A stretch of 64,000 nt of DNA from Bugula neritina. Its lineage: Eukaryota; Animalia; Bryozoa. The notes beneath the pieces were generated by a model, which ran no database searches, was not told the DNA's origin, and saw only the letters and a list, made by a program, of their open reading frames with translations. Made by a program: the position numbers and the translations under genes. Positions 1 through 19,201 of the stretch are shown here, one piece after another (the first letter of the stretch is position 1; the number at the start of each line of letters is the position of its first letter). The stretch lies in assembly GCA_964035545.1 (NCBI GenBank), contig OZ037767.1, forward strand, positions 3,297,680 through 3,361,679, in the 5' to 3' direction.

Positions 1-2238
1 CATTTAAATCTTGCAGCCCATTAACTGATTGCGTTGAAAGAACAACTAGCAATATGGGGGCATTAAAGAATGTTTAATCAAAGCTGATAATGAGTTCAAA
101 TTATTATGAGGGCAGAAATAAAATGCAAAAATAAATATACAGAAATAATAAAAGCATAGAGACTAGAAAAATTCCTACACAACATTAAAAGAAACATTTG
201 TAAAAACTTACATCTAGTAAATAAAATAGTTTTTCGAATAGTGCCAGATGTAAAGGAGCAAACCAAGTATTCTAGGTATTCTAGTTACTGCAACTTATTT
301 TAATAACTAGACATACGTGGACGCGGTGCGTTTGATAACGTCTCAGTTATAGGCAGCAGTTCACGGCTGACTTGCTAAGGCAGTCAAGTACACTTCCTAA
401 CTTAGAAAAGATTACACAACAATTATATTCAGCAACCACTTAGTGGTGTACATTAATAGATTATTTTCTTTGATGAATACTAATGAAGAAAAATTTCTAG
501 CAATTAAATAAGATATACAAAATATTCGGATTTTCTTTCAATAAAGCTTTCAAGCTTCAATATTGATATGCTAAACACAATTCAGAAATATGATTACATT
601 TGGAACTAATACCTTTCAAGTATCAAGGTGTTTGAATTTAGTCAATACAAGAACAATGTTTATTGTGAAGGTTTAAACATTTCAAAGAAATAATATGCAA
701 GTGTAACACTTGTTTTAAAGGCTTATATAGCTTAATTTAAGTCAGCAAATCTTTTGAAACTTTAAACTTAATAATATGTCTTAGATACTGTATACAGCAC
801 TAAGCTGAATAACAGTATACAATTATAATAGTATGGTTTACCTGATGATGCACTAATGTATATTTAATGTATTCACATGGTTTACAAGTGTTATATAGTT
901 AATTATTTATATTATTGATTGATGATGCTGCCTGTTCAATAATAACATAATATACTATTCAAATAGTAGTGTCATACATACACATTATTCTAATGAAACA
1001 TATGATGTACAAATTACTACTACAGTTCTTAATTGTAGTTAGATAGTGTGCTACAACATGAGATGGTGTTAGATTAGCTGTCAACAGCTTTGTTAGATTC
1101 TCTGTTGGCCTAGACATGTCATGTTGCAAATGATACAATAACAAATCCGATAAACTAAATCCTAAATATATAATAGTTATAATATAATATAATATATAAT
1201 ATTATACGCAAAAGTACATTCTTAGCTTAATAGTGAAATTACTGCTGAAACATTGGTAATAATGAATTTCTCAATTAGCTGTTATATTATCTGTTAAAAA
1301 TGTTTGTATATAATAGAAATATATATATCTTCATATTATTCATAGTTTGTCTTGTTGATATATATAAATTATACACACCTTCTATCATAGTTAAAAGTTG
1401 CTCCCATATTTAATTATAGCTAAAGTAATAATGTTATATAACTGAAAAGTGATAACTTTTATGAAGACACCTGTATGCTATATATATGAAAGCCATTGGC
1501 GGCTCATTTGTACAGTTTTGATGTCTAAATATTTAATTACAGTATACATATATTTGCTATGGTTTATTATATTGTACAGCTGCCCATACTTAAATAAACA
1601 TCAACAATAGAGTAACCATTTATTGCAAGGTAATTCTTACAATCCCACAAAGATGTTTAACTTGTCAGACAGCTGTACTTTATAGTTACACCTAAACGAA
1701 TGGGGGTGAAAAAGACGGCAGTCACACAGGCTGTAAATGAAAGAGGCATGTATAGTTATTTATAAAAAAATGAACCTGGAAATAACTCTTACTTTTGTTT
1801 AAGCTATGTTATGTTTATGCCATTCAAATATTGAGTTTAAAGATGTAGAATACATTTGCCTGAAGTTATTTTGTCATCATAACTGCTTATTAAATTGCAT
1901 GGACATAAAATATCTGAAAAGAAAACTCAAAAGTCTTTTGAAAATAAGATTGTTAAATTTATTTTATATATAAATGTGGTTCATTGTTCTTTATATATAT
2001 TTTGGTTACACAGCTCGAAAAACCAGCAATAAATAAAACAGAAGTTATGTCAACATAAAGTGTACATAGCATGTAGTTGTAATATATTAAGTTAAAATAA
2101 CATATACAAGGAGCCTGCAACAGAGATATAATATGTTATACATGGCCTATGAGCACACCAGCAGCATTAATATATTGTACATTCAATGCCAGAGTAGACA
2201 ACTCTTGAGTAAATATACATGTCTGTCTGTATCTTCCT

Positions 2239-5200
2239 TTAGTCTATCTGTGGATTGTTCTGGAACAAGTACTCAGCCTAAAAATAAAAGTAAAAATAAT
2301 TTTTGAAAGAAATTTAACTTCATAGCATTTTTCTAATTATGAATTACCAGATTTCCCTATTGTCATAAAATTAGAGTAAAGTTATATTATTGCATTTGGT
2401 AGTCTAAATTATAGGTCTTGGAAAGAAGATAACATTTTAAATAGTTCATATAAATCCAAGTAAAAGGACGCTTCATATTTTAACCACTAAAATACCATAA
2501 ATTTTTCTCGAAACACGCAATACATTTGATCAGCTGCAAAACTTGTAACATATAGATAAAAACAATCACAATAAACTGACCATGAAATAAGAAAGCTCTA
2601 CTAACGAAATTAGGTTATTGGTAAGACTAATAGTCGTTACCGATGACAGCTAAAAAGTTGCTTAGTTTTGTGCAGCTTACTACTTCTTTATGCTACTGAT
2701 AACAAAGCAGGGTATATTAGAAGTTATTTCAATTATGCCAGAGTTGAGTTAGCTTTATACAGCATAACAGATAGGACATATTTATGTTTCTAGTAGCTTT
2801 AATTTCTGCTTTAATTCTAATAGGCAAGACAACTGAAAGCTTCTAGCACTACATTCTACACATTATGACTTGGTATACAGTACATGCAGCTGGTGCTTGC
2901 AAGCAATAATATTCAACAGAACCTACCAGAAACAATATTATTCAGCGGAACTTACCAGAAAGTCAACCGAGTCTTCTGGTCTGACCTGACAGCACTCTAT
3001 GAGACCTTTAGTCAAGGTGGGCATTACATGCTTCATGAGATAATTTCTTAACGGTATGGACTGTGCCTCTAACAACTCGTACTCTTCCTTCTTTACTTGT
3101 TCAAGGTTCTTAGCCTAAACACAAAACGCATCAATTGTGTACTTGACTGAAAAACAAAAACATTATGCGAAACAGAGTGTTAGCTAAGAAGAAACTCTCT
3201 TTGCTCCAGAAAGACATATTTCCAGGCAATAATTTAATAAATTACTAAAATCAGATTTAATAAAAACAAATTCAATTGCTTCTTTGATTAAAGAGAGTAA
3301 CAGTAAGAAAAGGAGAAGATATTGAATTTAATCATGGTTTCACTCAGTTAACTACCTTTAATTATAGATAGGTAGAAGCAGCCATGATGTAGGGGTTAGA
3401 GCTGACTTAGTAAGCACAAGGTCATGGGTTCAAATGTTACTGAAGGTTATTGGTAATGTCAGGAAGAGCATTAGATAATAATTGCTCCTATACCACAATA
3501 GTTGTCAAGTTCTCAGCCAGCTTGGAAAGATTGCTTACCATTGGAAATGGAGACTTTTCAGAAAAATCTGAGGTTTGTATGTCAAATTACATATATATAT
3601 ATATAGTCACTTTAGTCTCAGTTGGTGGTAATTAGGTACGTATGCAACCCACCCATTCTTGTTGACGAGCCCATCGTTGAGTTGCCTCCTCATACTCTGC
3701 TCTTTCTCTCTCAGCCTTTTCCTCGGCTTCTCTTTTCAGCCTGGCTTCTTCCTATTAAATATATTAGCGTGAAAGCTACAACATTTCATTGGTACAGGCA
3801 TGTGCAAGCTGAATATCACCTAGCAACAAACTATTTTATCAATTGACCTGTAATTTATTTAAAATGACAAAATAAAAACCACATTCATATACACAGTTTT
3901 TATATTTGACATATACGTATAAATTAATTATTACCGCAGCTTTCCTCATTTCCTCTCTTTCTTCGTCTGTTGGACCGTAGTTTCGAGGTTCGCAGATTAT
4001 CTTTTTTATTTTCTCAATCGTGTCGTAATTGTTTTTAGATTTGTCTTTACTTACATCTAAATAAATAAAAAAACATACAAGCTAACACTTGATATCTATT
4101 AGAGCACATCTTTTCAGTACTACAGCTGTTGAAGTGATTCAAATCTTTCCACTCATGAAAATTATATAAAATAAAAAATCAGCTCTTTATCAAAACAATA
4201 ACAGATAAAGTCCACCACCTTACTATCAAAGCAAAATTATTTATATTTCTAGCAAAAGGTTTTAAAGCAAATAAACTTTTGAAACAAAATGTTTATAAAA
4301 ATGTTATAAGCTTCACCTATTTTATCAGGGAATATTTCCAACTCATCAAAGTAGTTAATGACTGAGTCATCTTCCTGATTGAGATCTCTGTATGCATTGA
4401 GACGTCTGTTGAGTCCCTCCTCATCATTATGAGTTCCTGAAACCTAGAATCCACTCTGAATATTAGTAGATCTAACACCACTATCTAACATTACTACCTA
4501 ACACCATTACCTAACATTAATATATAACATATATGATTATTATGCACAGAGGGTCCACAAAATATGTTGACACTCTGGATATAGAAATTATTTTACATCA
4601 ACTCAAACGTAACTAAAATGCTTACTTCCCAGCTTTCATATATATTTTTAAATGAATACTAACTGACATGATTTGCTGTGACATACACACAACAGTAACC
4701 TCACAATTCTAAACATTATATTACGACACATGAAGTAGATGTACTCAGCATTACAATCTAACATCCTAGTGCCTTACCATCGTCTCAGCGAGATTCATGA
4801 TTCTGTTTCTTAGGAAGTCATCCGGAGCCTCCAACAGGATGATTGCCTCAGGCATGATAGTCTTATCATACGACGTCTTCTCGTCGTCATCTTCCTCCTC
4901 CGCATCTTCGTCAGCTGTGAGAGAGAGATCATTGTGTGCACAATGACATCTATAGTCAGCACTTTCACTTCACTATATTAACCTACACTGAGGTCTATAT
5001 TAATGTAACGTCATATGTCATAGACACAAATTATACCCAGTTTTTACTAAGAGAGAATTCAAAGCTCTGAAGCTATTGAACAACTAGACTTGAAATCTAT
5101 GGTATATGAACAGCCAAGTGTGGAGGTTAATAATACTCACGGGCAAAAAGCTCTTTTGCCTGTTCATTTGTCTTTGGGAAACCATCCAATAAGAAGCCTT

Positions 5201-8200
5201 GATTTTGACACGGCATAGACTTAAGTTTGTCTCTGAAGAATTTGATAACGTAAGTGTCGTCTATTCTGCCATTATTACTCTCCATTGTCTCCCGGATTGC
5301 TTCCAGGGTCTCGGCATCGTCTTGAGCTGGAGGTGAGAAAATGGAAGTAAGTCAAACCTCCGCACACTCATCAAAGTTGAAGGTCAGATAGCAAAAACTA
5401 TGTGATTGGATAGCAAAAAATAACAATTTCAAGTGTTCTAAAATACCAAATTTGATCAGTTCTGTACTATCAACAAGCTTACTATACACAGCATAACCAT
5501 ATGTGCACCAATGGTATTTAAAGAACTTATTTAAGCTAAGCGTGTTTGATAATATATAAAGCTGACATACAAGCACACCTCTATAAAAAAACACATTAAG
5601 TTTTTAGCTAATTATGGTGAGAGAGACTAGAGGAGTGAATTAATAAAAATTTTTCTGTAGATGTTAATATGTGACATATGAAGGATTTATTCACTGTTCA
5701 GTTGTACAGCTGCATGATTCCTAGACATGCCATGAGTTGCTGGAATAGCTGCTGTCATTACATAAGGCAGCGGATAATTAATCTAACAGCATGCCACATG
5801 CCCTATACTGAAGACATAGGGTGCTGTTCAATAGCGAATATTCCTACTAACTCCTCTAAAGGAAGGCTCAGTTAGAAACACAATTGTGTTTTATATATAT
5901 TTCTATTACCAGAGTAACTTGCTAATGAGCATTGGTAAAATAAATCTTCAATAAATGTGTTTAGAGTTAAGGTGCAATTTTTTGTTTCCCTATAATATAA
6001 TAATGTAAAATCTTACAATAAAACACTGAAATTAATAGATTTAGCGAGTTTCACACCTATAACGGAAATATAATAAATAAAAATACTTTTAAAAATAAAC
6101 AGCTGAGCACACTCGACAGCAATCTAGCCATAAACAATACAAATTGCAAAATAATTAATTTTAAACATATTTTAAGCAAGCAAGTGTGCTGGAAATGGAA
6201 AGCTTTAATTATGTACGCAGAAGAAACATAAAAATTGCTTTAACCTACTCCACATATTATTTCAAAGCAAAATACGTTAACTGCATGCATGTAATGCTAT
6301 TGATACAATTCATGCCAGTTATAGCTTGAGAAACATGACAGAAAATAGAACTTATATTGGACATTGACTAAGTTGAGCTACACCGCCCCCTCCAAGTGAT
6401 GAACATGTAGCAATGATTTACTAATTAATTGACAAAGATTTAGACATGCAATAAATGTTATACATTGCTTTTTGTTATTATTTGTATTAAGCGCCAGAAA
6501 GGGTGAAAAGAGAAAACATGACAAGACAATTTGTGCTGCCTCATAACCTGTATACCTTTCCTCAGGCTAAATTCTTCCTCATCTGTTCACCAAATGTAGA
6601 CATTATAATATCATACATATACAAATAACTTTCACAATAAACAAAGCAAAATTTATAGCTATGCAGAATAAAATAAAATTAAATTTAAATAAAAATAAAA
6701 TCTAAAGCATTGCTTTAGTTTAATTTGATAAAAATGTTTCTTGTCAAATAATTTTATAACAAAATGAAGAACACAATATGTGTGTATATCAATTATCAAA
6801 GAACATTCTCAGCTACAAATTTTATTCCTATACTAAAAACTAAAAACAAGCTAGCAGTTTCAAGTAATAAAGTTATATTTTTAAACTTCTTTTAAAGTTA
6901 TATACTAGAAAATTGTTTTGTTAAAAGTTGAACAATATAATATAAGGAGGTAGATATTGAAGCTTTTAAAACATACCTTTACCATCGTCGTCTTCCTCGT
7001 CTCCTTTATCTGCTCGAGCTGCAGATTTCTCCAGTTTGCTCATCGCGTCATCAATAACATCCTTGACCTTGATGTGATGTAGTTTATATTGCTTGGCTAG
7101 CTCTGCGCAGATAGCTGTCTTACCAACCGCTGGAGGTCCTAATACACACACTCTCATTGGCTGAAACAGATAGCTAGATTGTCATTGGCTGAAGCAAATA
7201 AATAGATACACTGTCATTGGCTGAACCAAATCATCACTAAAATAAGTTAAGCATAATTCTATTGGGTGAAATGAAACAAGAATATAAGAAATTCTTTCAA
7301 GGATTTAATACATAAAAATTGGATAAATTGGGTTAGATAAGAAAGTTGCTGAAATGAAAACCTCAAAATCCCTTCTATTTCTTAATAAATCAAAAATTGC
7401 TCAACATTATGTTTTGTGTCCATTAAAATAACATATGCATAAATTTAAACTTGTAACAACTAAATTTATTAGCGACAATTAGAGATTTCACTAATTAAAG
7501 AAATGTCAACTAACTGACCAGGAGTTTTCTGCTCTCTCTGTATTCCTTGACAATCTTTGGCAGGTTCTCCACTATTCCAGCTTCTGAGACCCATCTGATT
7601 TTCATATTCTCTTTCACAAACACTGAATCCATTCTTAGGTTAGACAAAAGCATATCAAAATGATCTTGATTTATCTCCCTCTGTAGAAGGGCATCTTCTT
7701 TGGTTATGTTAAGCATGGCTCCAGTCCCCAGGCTTGTACTCACTCCCTGAAATAGTCATTGTGATAAATTACTAACTGAAAGTGAACCTCCCTACTGTCC
7801 AAATCTCAGGTAGGTGCAGTGATGGAGAAATTAAGCAACCCTGTGGCATAGATTAGAAATGTAGCATAAAAAGTTGTGTTCTCATGAGAATTTCAACCAG
7901 TGCCCCAAACCAGAACTTAGTAAGAGAATTAAAGATTGTTGACTATATCAATCTCTCAACTACTTCAACTAAATTTCAAATCATGTGATGTTACCAAAAG
8001 CTATCTCAGACATTATGCTAAATTTATTGTAAGTAAATATGAATATGCACTTGGTTACTGTTCTTATCTATAATTTCAATGTTTTGGGGAATTTCAGCTG
8101 TAAAGAGAAGACAAACCTTAACAATCTCTTCTAGAGTAGTCTGAGAATCATCAGTAGCAACAATATACCTAGCCTTTGGTTTCATATCAGCTATATTCTG

Positions 8201-11200
8201 TATCACTCTACAAGTAAACACGTGTTTTAGTCATACAATACAACATAGTGTATATAATGTACTCATACTATGCCACCTGTACATTGAATAGCTAAAATGT
8301 GTAATATTGTCTACCATTTTATAACTGAGCTTAATGTTAGTCTGAAATAGTAATCCTTATAGCAAGCTAAAAAATCAATTATTACTAATTATTATTGTTT
8401 CTATCAAAAGAGATCCAAATTTAACAAAAATTCTATGTTTATATCTTGTAGTTGAACATGGACACAGTAGCTGCATCAGTGATTAATACAAAATATTAAA
8501 TCAATACCAAAATTTATCTAAAACAAATATGAAGTGGATGAATAATGATTGCAAGTTGTAGCACTCACCCGCCAAGATCTCGAATGTGAATCGTAGGCAA
8601 AACATTCTGTCCGTTTCCAAAGCAGAACAATTCTTTGGCATTGTGCCAAGCAGATTTATATAAGTAGTGGAAAATGTTCTCTCCAGCACCATATGGTATA
8701 CCTGAGGCAATGACGTAAGTTATCAGCTTGGACTTGTTCTGAAAAAATATACAGAAAAATTAGAGACATTACAGTTCTAAAAATAGACACAGAAAAGGTA
8801 GAGACAGCAAGAGCTGTAACACAGTTTAAATATTTATGCCTTCTGATTGTTTAGCAGTAGATAGAAAATAAATAGAACATTAATGGACTAGTGACCAGAG
8901 CACTGGCCTAGTAAGCGCTAGGTCATGGGTTCAAATCCGCACAAGACAATTGGTGATGCCCAACAAACATTTGATAATAATTGTCTCAACCCTACAGTAA
9001 AAACACGAATGCTCTGAAAACCGTTCTTAGCCAGCTTATTAGCCTTTACTATAAGGGGTCCTCACGAAAACGAAAACTTCAAAAACAATATGGGTTTGTA
9101 ATTGTATTTAATACAATAAATTCTGAGACCTCCAAGTTAGGCATGAAATTATTGACCCACAATACACAACTCTTACAGTTTTGCCAACTTTGATGACAGT
9201 CTTTTCGCAGCTGAGATGTTCCTTAAAGTTAGGGTGTGGCTTCCTTCTTCTGTAATCATCTTCTGTAAATGGAATTTCCGGGTCGTCCTAAACAATGAAC
9301 GATACATGAAGTACACTGAGTAAAGCATATATGCAGCTTCAAAGTCATTCACCAATAACACTGATTAGCAAGTTATGAAGAATAAATGATACAAATCTAA
9401 ATCTAGCCAGTATAACTAAAGCACGCCATGCCCTGTACGAAAACAGAACATTAATATTAGCCCTAAGTAATGGCAACTAATCCCGTATGTTTCTACCACA
9501 TAGCAATACTAAGAGCACTTGGCAACCTACAAATGACTAAAAACTAATTAATGCCTAAACTTTCAATAAATACTCTTTGGTAGCAGGAACAAACACAATT
9601 ACGATATAACTATAATAGAGAAAAAGTAGCAGATAAATGAGAACACAACTCTACACTAGCCACCTGCTAATGCTATTAGTAAAATACAAGTCCGTTGATG
9701 TGCTCGCTTACTTCAGTAATCCAGACTATTCGGTCAGTAGTTACCTCACTCTGGTATTAGACGTAAATGTGAGTAGATCATAGGCTATATTATTAGTAAC
9801 AAAGGCTATACTACTAAAAAGGTATTATTAGTATAACATAAATTAATACACTAACAAATAAAATAATGTTTATATACATCAAAATAATAAATATCACATA
9901 TTATATTGCTGCAGCCAAATCATCATTCTAATTAACATTCTATTTACTAAAAAACAAATATAGCGGTCATGTAAAATAATAATACAATAATACATAATGC
10001 AATATATGTACTTTTTTATACAATAATAAATAATTAAAAAATATGTATTACAATAATACATAATAAAATGACAAGTAATACATTAGTACATAATAAAATT
10101 ACACATAATACAACTACACATAATACATGCAAACAAAATACAATAATACACAACACAATTATACATAGGTAACACAATCATACGTAATACAGTTATACAA
10201 TTATACAATAATACAATCATACGTAACACAGCCATACGCAACACAGTTTTACAATTATACAATAACACAAAAATTATCAAAATAACTCACCGGGTCAAGA
10301 GGTTTGCTGCGTGCCCACGTCATAACACTCGACACGAGTATGAAAATCTTCTGTTTATCAATATGCTCTAAGTCGGCATGAATTTCTGAAACCGCCCATG
10401 CTGCTTCATCAATTTGAGCAGCATTGTCTGTGATGTCATAAACTATGACATCACATTCTACGAGCTGTTCAAAAAGCTGCTCCCTTGTTTCAAACTGCAA
10501 ATTATATATACAGTTGTAAATATCTATTCATCTGCCATGACCGTATAATATATGTCTAGCACTAGTTCAACATTCAAATAATTAAATTAGCACAAATTTT
10601 AAAACAGATCCTTTTGTTTTTACCAACATTGACCAGTTTGACAAACAAATTTTATAATGTTACACGTGTTTTAATTTTCACAGCCAGTTTTAAAGTTATA
10701 TACAAGTCCAATAACAATATTATTTTAACTTCAATTTCAAATACACAGCAAATTCAACTGCTCATTTTTTATAACTGCAAACAGCTTATAATTTGATAAA
10801 TGATGAATAAAGTAAACAAAAGAATTAAATAAGTTCTAACTTGAAATATTTCTTTAACAAAGTCTGGTTTTTTGGCTTCAGGGTCTTTAAGAGTTCCGAC
10901 CACTTGGTAGCAGCCTGGCTTAGGACCTGCTAGAACTTGTTCCTGAGTTTCTTCGGCTTCTTCCTCTTCTTCTTCAACATCATCCAGAGATGCGCCAACC
11001 AAACAACCAGCTAAATACTAAAATAAACAGCTACTAAAATAAACAGCTTGGATATTTCAATTTATTAAGTTTATGTAGCAAAATGCATTATCAAACTAAT
11101 ATAAACACTTTTGCCATATACATGCATAAAATGTTTAACATAAGATAAATCTTTGAGATATCAATGATGTGTTGATTCATATGATTTTATTTGATGCCTG

Positions 11201-11737
11201 TTATTTTGGATATTCAACATCAAAAGTGGGTACAACAGAAAATATGTTTAATTTTAAAATTTGATTGCTTGATAATAAATATAATAACTAGTATTGTTCA
11301 AATTATACAACAAATAACTTATGTTATATTTATGATATATGAATAAAAACCATAATGCTTCTTTTATTGTAATAACTAAAAGTAAAAAGTATTATTATTA
11401 TATTTATACTGTTATAGTTTCAACAATCACTAAATCAAGCGAAAGTTGATAGAAACTAATATAACAAATAAATAGTAATTGATAATCAATAAAGAAAAAA
11501 CGCTAAAATTAAGCAAATATTTTGTTGTTTAACATTTTTCACCATCCGCTAACACCAAGTCAAAGTCAAACTCAAAGTATAGCATTAGATCAAGATTGGA
11601 GTGTTACTGTTATGCTTATCAAGTTGGAACAAACAAACAATAACACATACTTTGCCTAAATTTAGCCCTTGGTATGTGTCAACATGATTGATGAACAATT
11701 TTTTGCTTGTAGGCAAAGCATCGCCGTCTTCAGACAT
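2239..11737 (-). CDS. AK7: Adenylate kinase 7 (ciliary; C-terminal Dpy-30 domain), 15 coding exons
   Basis: Exons 11651-11737, 10841-11017, 10291-10494, 9177-9287, 8569-8738, 8117-8207, 7519-7746, 6977-7160, 5141-5326, 4778-4914, 4317-4443, 3935-4056, 3653-3751, 2956-3114, 2239-2277, all GT-AG and phase compatible. Motifs [54 protein letters not shown]-loop [18 protein letters not shown], Dpy-30 [17 protein letters not shown]...DFLAEYLF match AK7. Confidence 0.93.
3375..3500 (+). mobile_element. tRNA-derived SINE copy (AK7 intron)
   Basis: GCAGCC..TAGGGGTTAGAGC..TTAGTAAGCAC..GGGTTCAAAT..TTGGTAATGTCAGGAAGAGCAT aligns by eye with the copy at 25466-25666. Confidence 0.7.
8881..8990 (+). mobile_element. 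Degenerate tRNA-derived SINE copy (AK7 intron)
   Basis: TGGACTAGTG..AGAGC..CTAGTAAGC..GGTCATGGGTTCAAATCC..ATTGGTGATG..GATAATAATTG, same family as 3375 and 25466. Confidence 0.6.
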
Positions 11738-12210
11738 AATTAAATGCTTGAAAGAGTAGAATTTAGAATACCAAAACCATTCAGAGTAGATATTTTTAAG
11801 ATGGCAAAGTTGCTGGGCAACTTGAACTTCCTTTTAGCTTACCAAAAGCCTGATACAATTATATAACTTAAAAACGTTTTTTAAGATACACAACAATTTT
11901 TTTAAATAACAAATGTTAATTTTACAAGTTATTTTTTTTTTTACAATTTCTTTTATAAATACATTGTTTTAAAACATAAAATCTGCTTTATTTTGAGAGT
12001 TGAAAGCTTGAATATGGGTTGTTCACGCAGGAAACGTGATGCCACGCGTTTGACCTGACGTCACATTACGCCCCATGAAAACAATCAGCCATTTTCAAGA
12101 CAGGAAGTCTGAATTGCCTCATATTGATCACCTTCTTTTAACACTTTTCCGTGTTGTTACCATATTTATTCACATAAAATTATTTGAGATATCTTAGACA
12201 ATATATAAAT
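11738..12210. promoter_or_regulatory. Bidirectional promoter AK7/Rab1
   Basis: Divergent ATGs at 11737 (-) and 12211 (+); contains a perfect CRE TGACGTCA (12056-12063), GCCATTTT (YY1-like) and CAGGAAGT (ETS-like). Confidence 0.65.
11809..11821. promoter_or_regulatory. RFX X-box-like palindrome upstream of AK7
   Basis: GTTGCTGGGCAAC about 70 bp upstream of the AK7 ATG; matches the GTTGCY-RGCAAC X-box typical of ciliary gene promoters. Confidence 0.6.
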
Positions 12211-17145
<4,935 letters not shown>

Positions 17146-18699
17146 TTATATCTGCCTTCTCGTCTCCGGGCAGCAATTACCTTATATAGTTATTTAATAT
17201 ATCCAATGTTGACTCATTGTAACTTAACACTGTCCGGCAGCTAGTCCGGCAGCTTGACTAAGACATGAAGATGTGCACAGAAGATATGCTAGCAAACAGT
17301 GATCAATTCTCTTATAGGCATTCGTTTGCCTTACCAGGGAATACTTGTTGTATTCTCAGAGCAAAAACTTGAGCCTGTACTTGGTTGTACTTGAACCTGT
17401 ACTTGTATGTTGAGGCGTCATTCCGTACTGAATATGTTACTGTTTTCATGCACACCGTTATGTCTCCAAGCTTGGTATGTGTGTATATGGTTGGTGTAAG
17501 TAATGTTAGCTCAGTTCACTCAAGCAAGATTTTATATTGGTTTGGTATTTGTGTTGTCTTCTCCGTTTATACATTGTAAAGACACATCTGATCATATTTT
17601 CTGTATTAGAGTCAAGCTTATAACAATTATATCGCTATTGTCAAGTTAATAATAATATAAGAATTATCTTTTCAATTTCTAAGCTATTATATAATATAAT
17701 ATTATTTAATTATGATTGTGAATAATGTGCTTTTGTTATTCCCCTAACTAGGCAATACAACATGATATGTATGCACTTTATGGTTGTTACTAGCAAATAT
17801 ATGATAATTAATAATTCTTAGCTATACTTAGTCATAGCATTGCAAAAAAAAATTTTTCTGTTGAATCATCAGCCATGTAGTTATGAACCAAAGATTTGGT
17901 ATTAATAAGCACTGCTCTCTAGCATACAGATTTCATTTAACTCCCTAGGTTTATAACCGGGGAGGTAGTAGATAGACAGATAGTTCTGTTATACCAAATA
18001 ACTTTGCAAGTTAGTTATTACACCTGGTTACCAACCTCAAAACCAGTGTGCATACTAATTCCATATTAACTAAATTATAAGGTTATACAGAGGCTATAAC
18101 TGTGAACACTGAAAGTTAAGAGATACGAGGATGTATATAAATTATTTTTTGCTTCAATGGTTTGGAAAACCTGTACAGTTAACATAGTTCCTGCATATGG
18201 TAGAAGTGCCATTATTCAAAAATCGTAGATTGTCTCATTTCTCACCTAGGAAAGTGTAACTACTAACTTTTCACTGAGAAAAACTGTATTTATCATCAAA
18301 CTCAATAATATTCCAGCTCAGTGGTATTTATAGTTACCTTATTTTATATTGCTGATTGTTGCTGCCATGGAAATAGTTTCACTGAGACAATATGTATGGG
18401 AAATTACTATCGTATACTGTACTTTTAAAGTTGAACCATTGTAACGCATGCATTTGATTATACATGCAAACTAATATGTTGCCAACAAGATTTAACCTAT
18501 GAATAATGCAACATTTTAGCTATAAAATAGACAATGTAAGGTTTAAAAAAACAAGTGTAAATAATTTATTTCCAGCAGCCTTTCGGGAAATTGCACAAAA
18601 ATCTAAGGTTAGTAGAACCAATTTAGTGCTTTTAAATAAAAACAGCACCATATCTAACTGATGTTTTATCATTGTGTAGCATAGTCCCAAGACTAAATG

Positions 18700-18860
<161 letters not shown>

Positions 18861-18911
18861 GTAGTGTGTTCAGATTGTTAATGATACATATATATTTTTT
18901 TTATTTAAAAA

Positions 18912-18968
18912 AATCTCACACGACTATATAGTTTCGTACAGTAAACTGCACTCGTCAGGTGTTAGACT
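18912..18968 (-). ncRNA. Type I hammerhead ribozyme (left Penelope-like arm)
   Basis: Exact reverse complement of 22664-22720: ACAC-CTGACGA-GTGCAG(TTTA)CTGTAC-GAAA-CTATATAG-TC-GTGT. Confidence 0.88.
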
Positions 18969-19201
18969 AAAAATAAATAAAATCTATGAAGCATACCGAT
19001 TATTCAAATTTTTACATAGAGAAAACTATCATGCTAAACACAACGTAAAACGAAAAGCAATTAACATAGTAGTGGATTTGGTGTTATCTATTAATTAATT
19101 AAATTGCTCTTTTTCTAAAGGATTAGACTATAAAAGCTAGATGTTTGATGGAAAGGGTAATTTATAATAGGTAGTACTATGGTTGAGAATTGTTAGTATT
19201 G

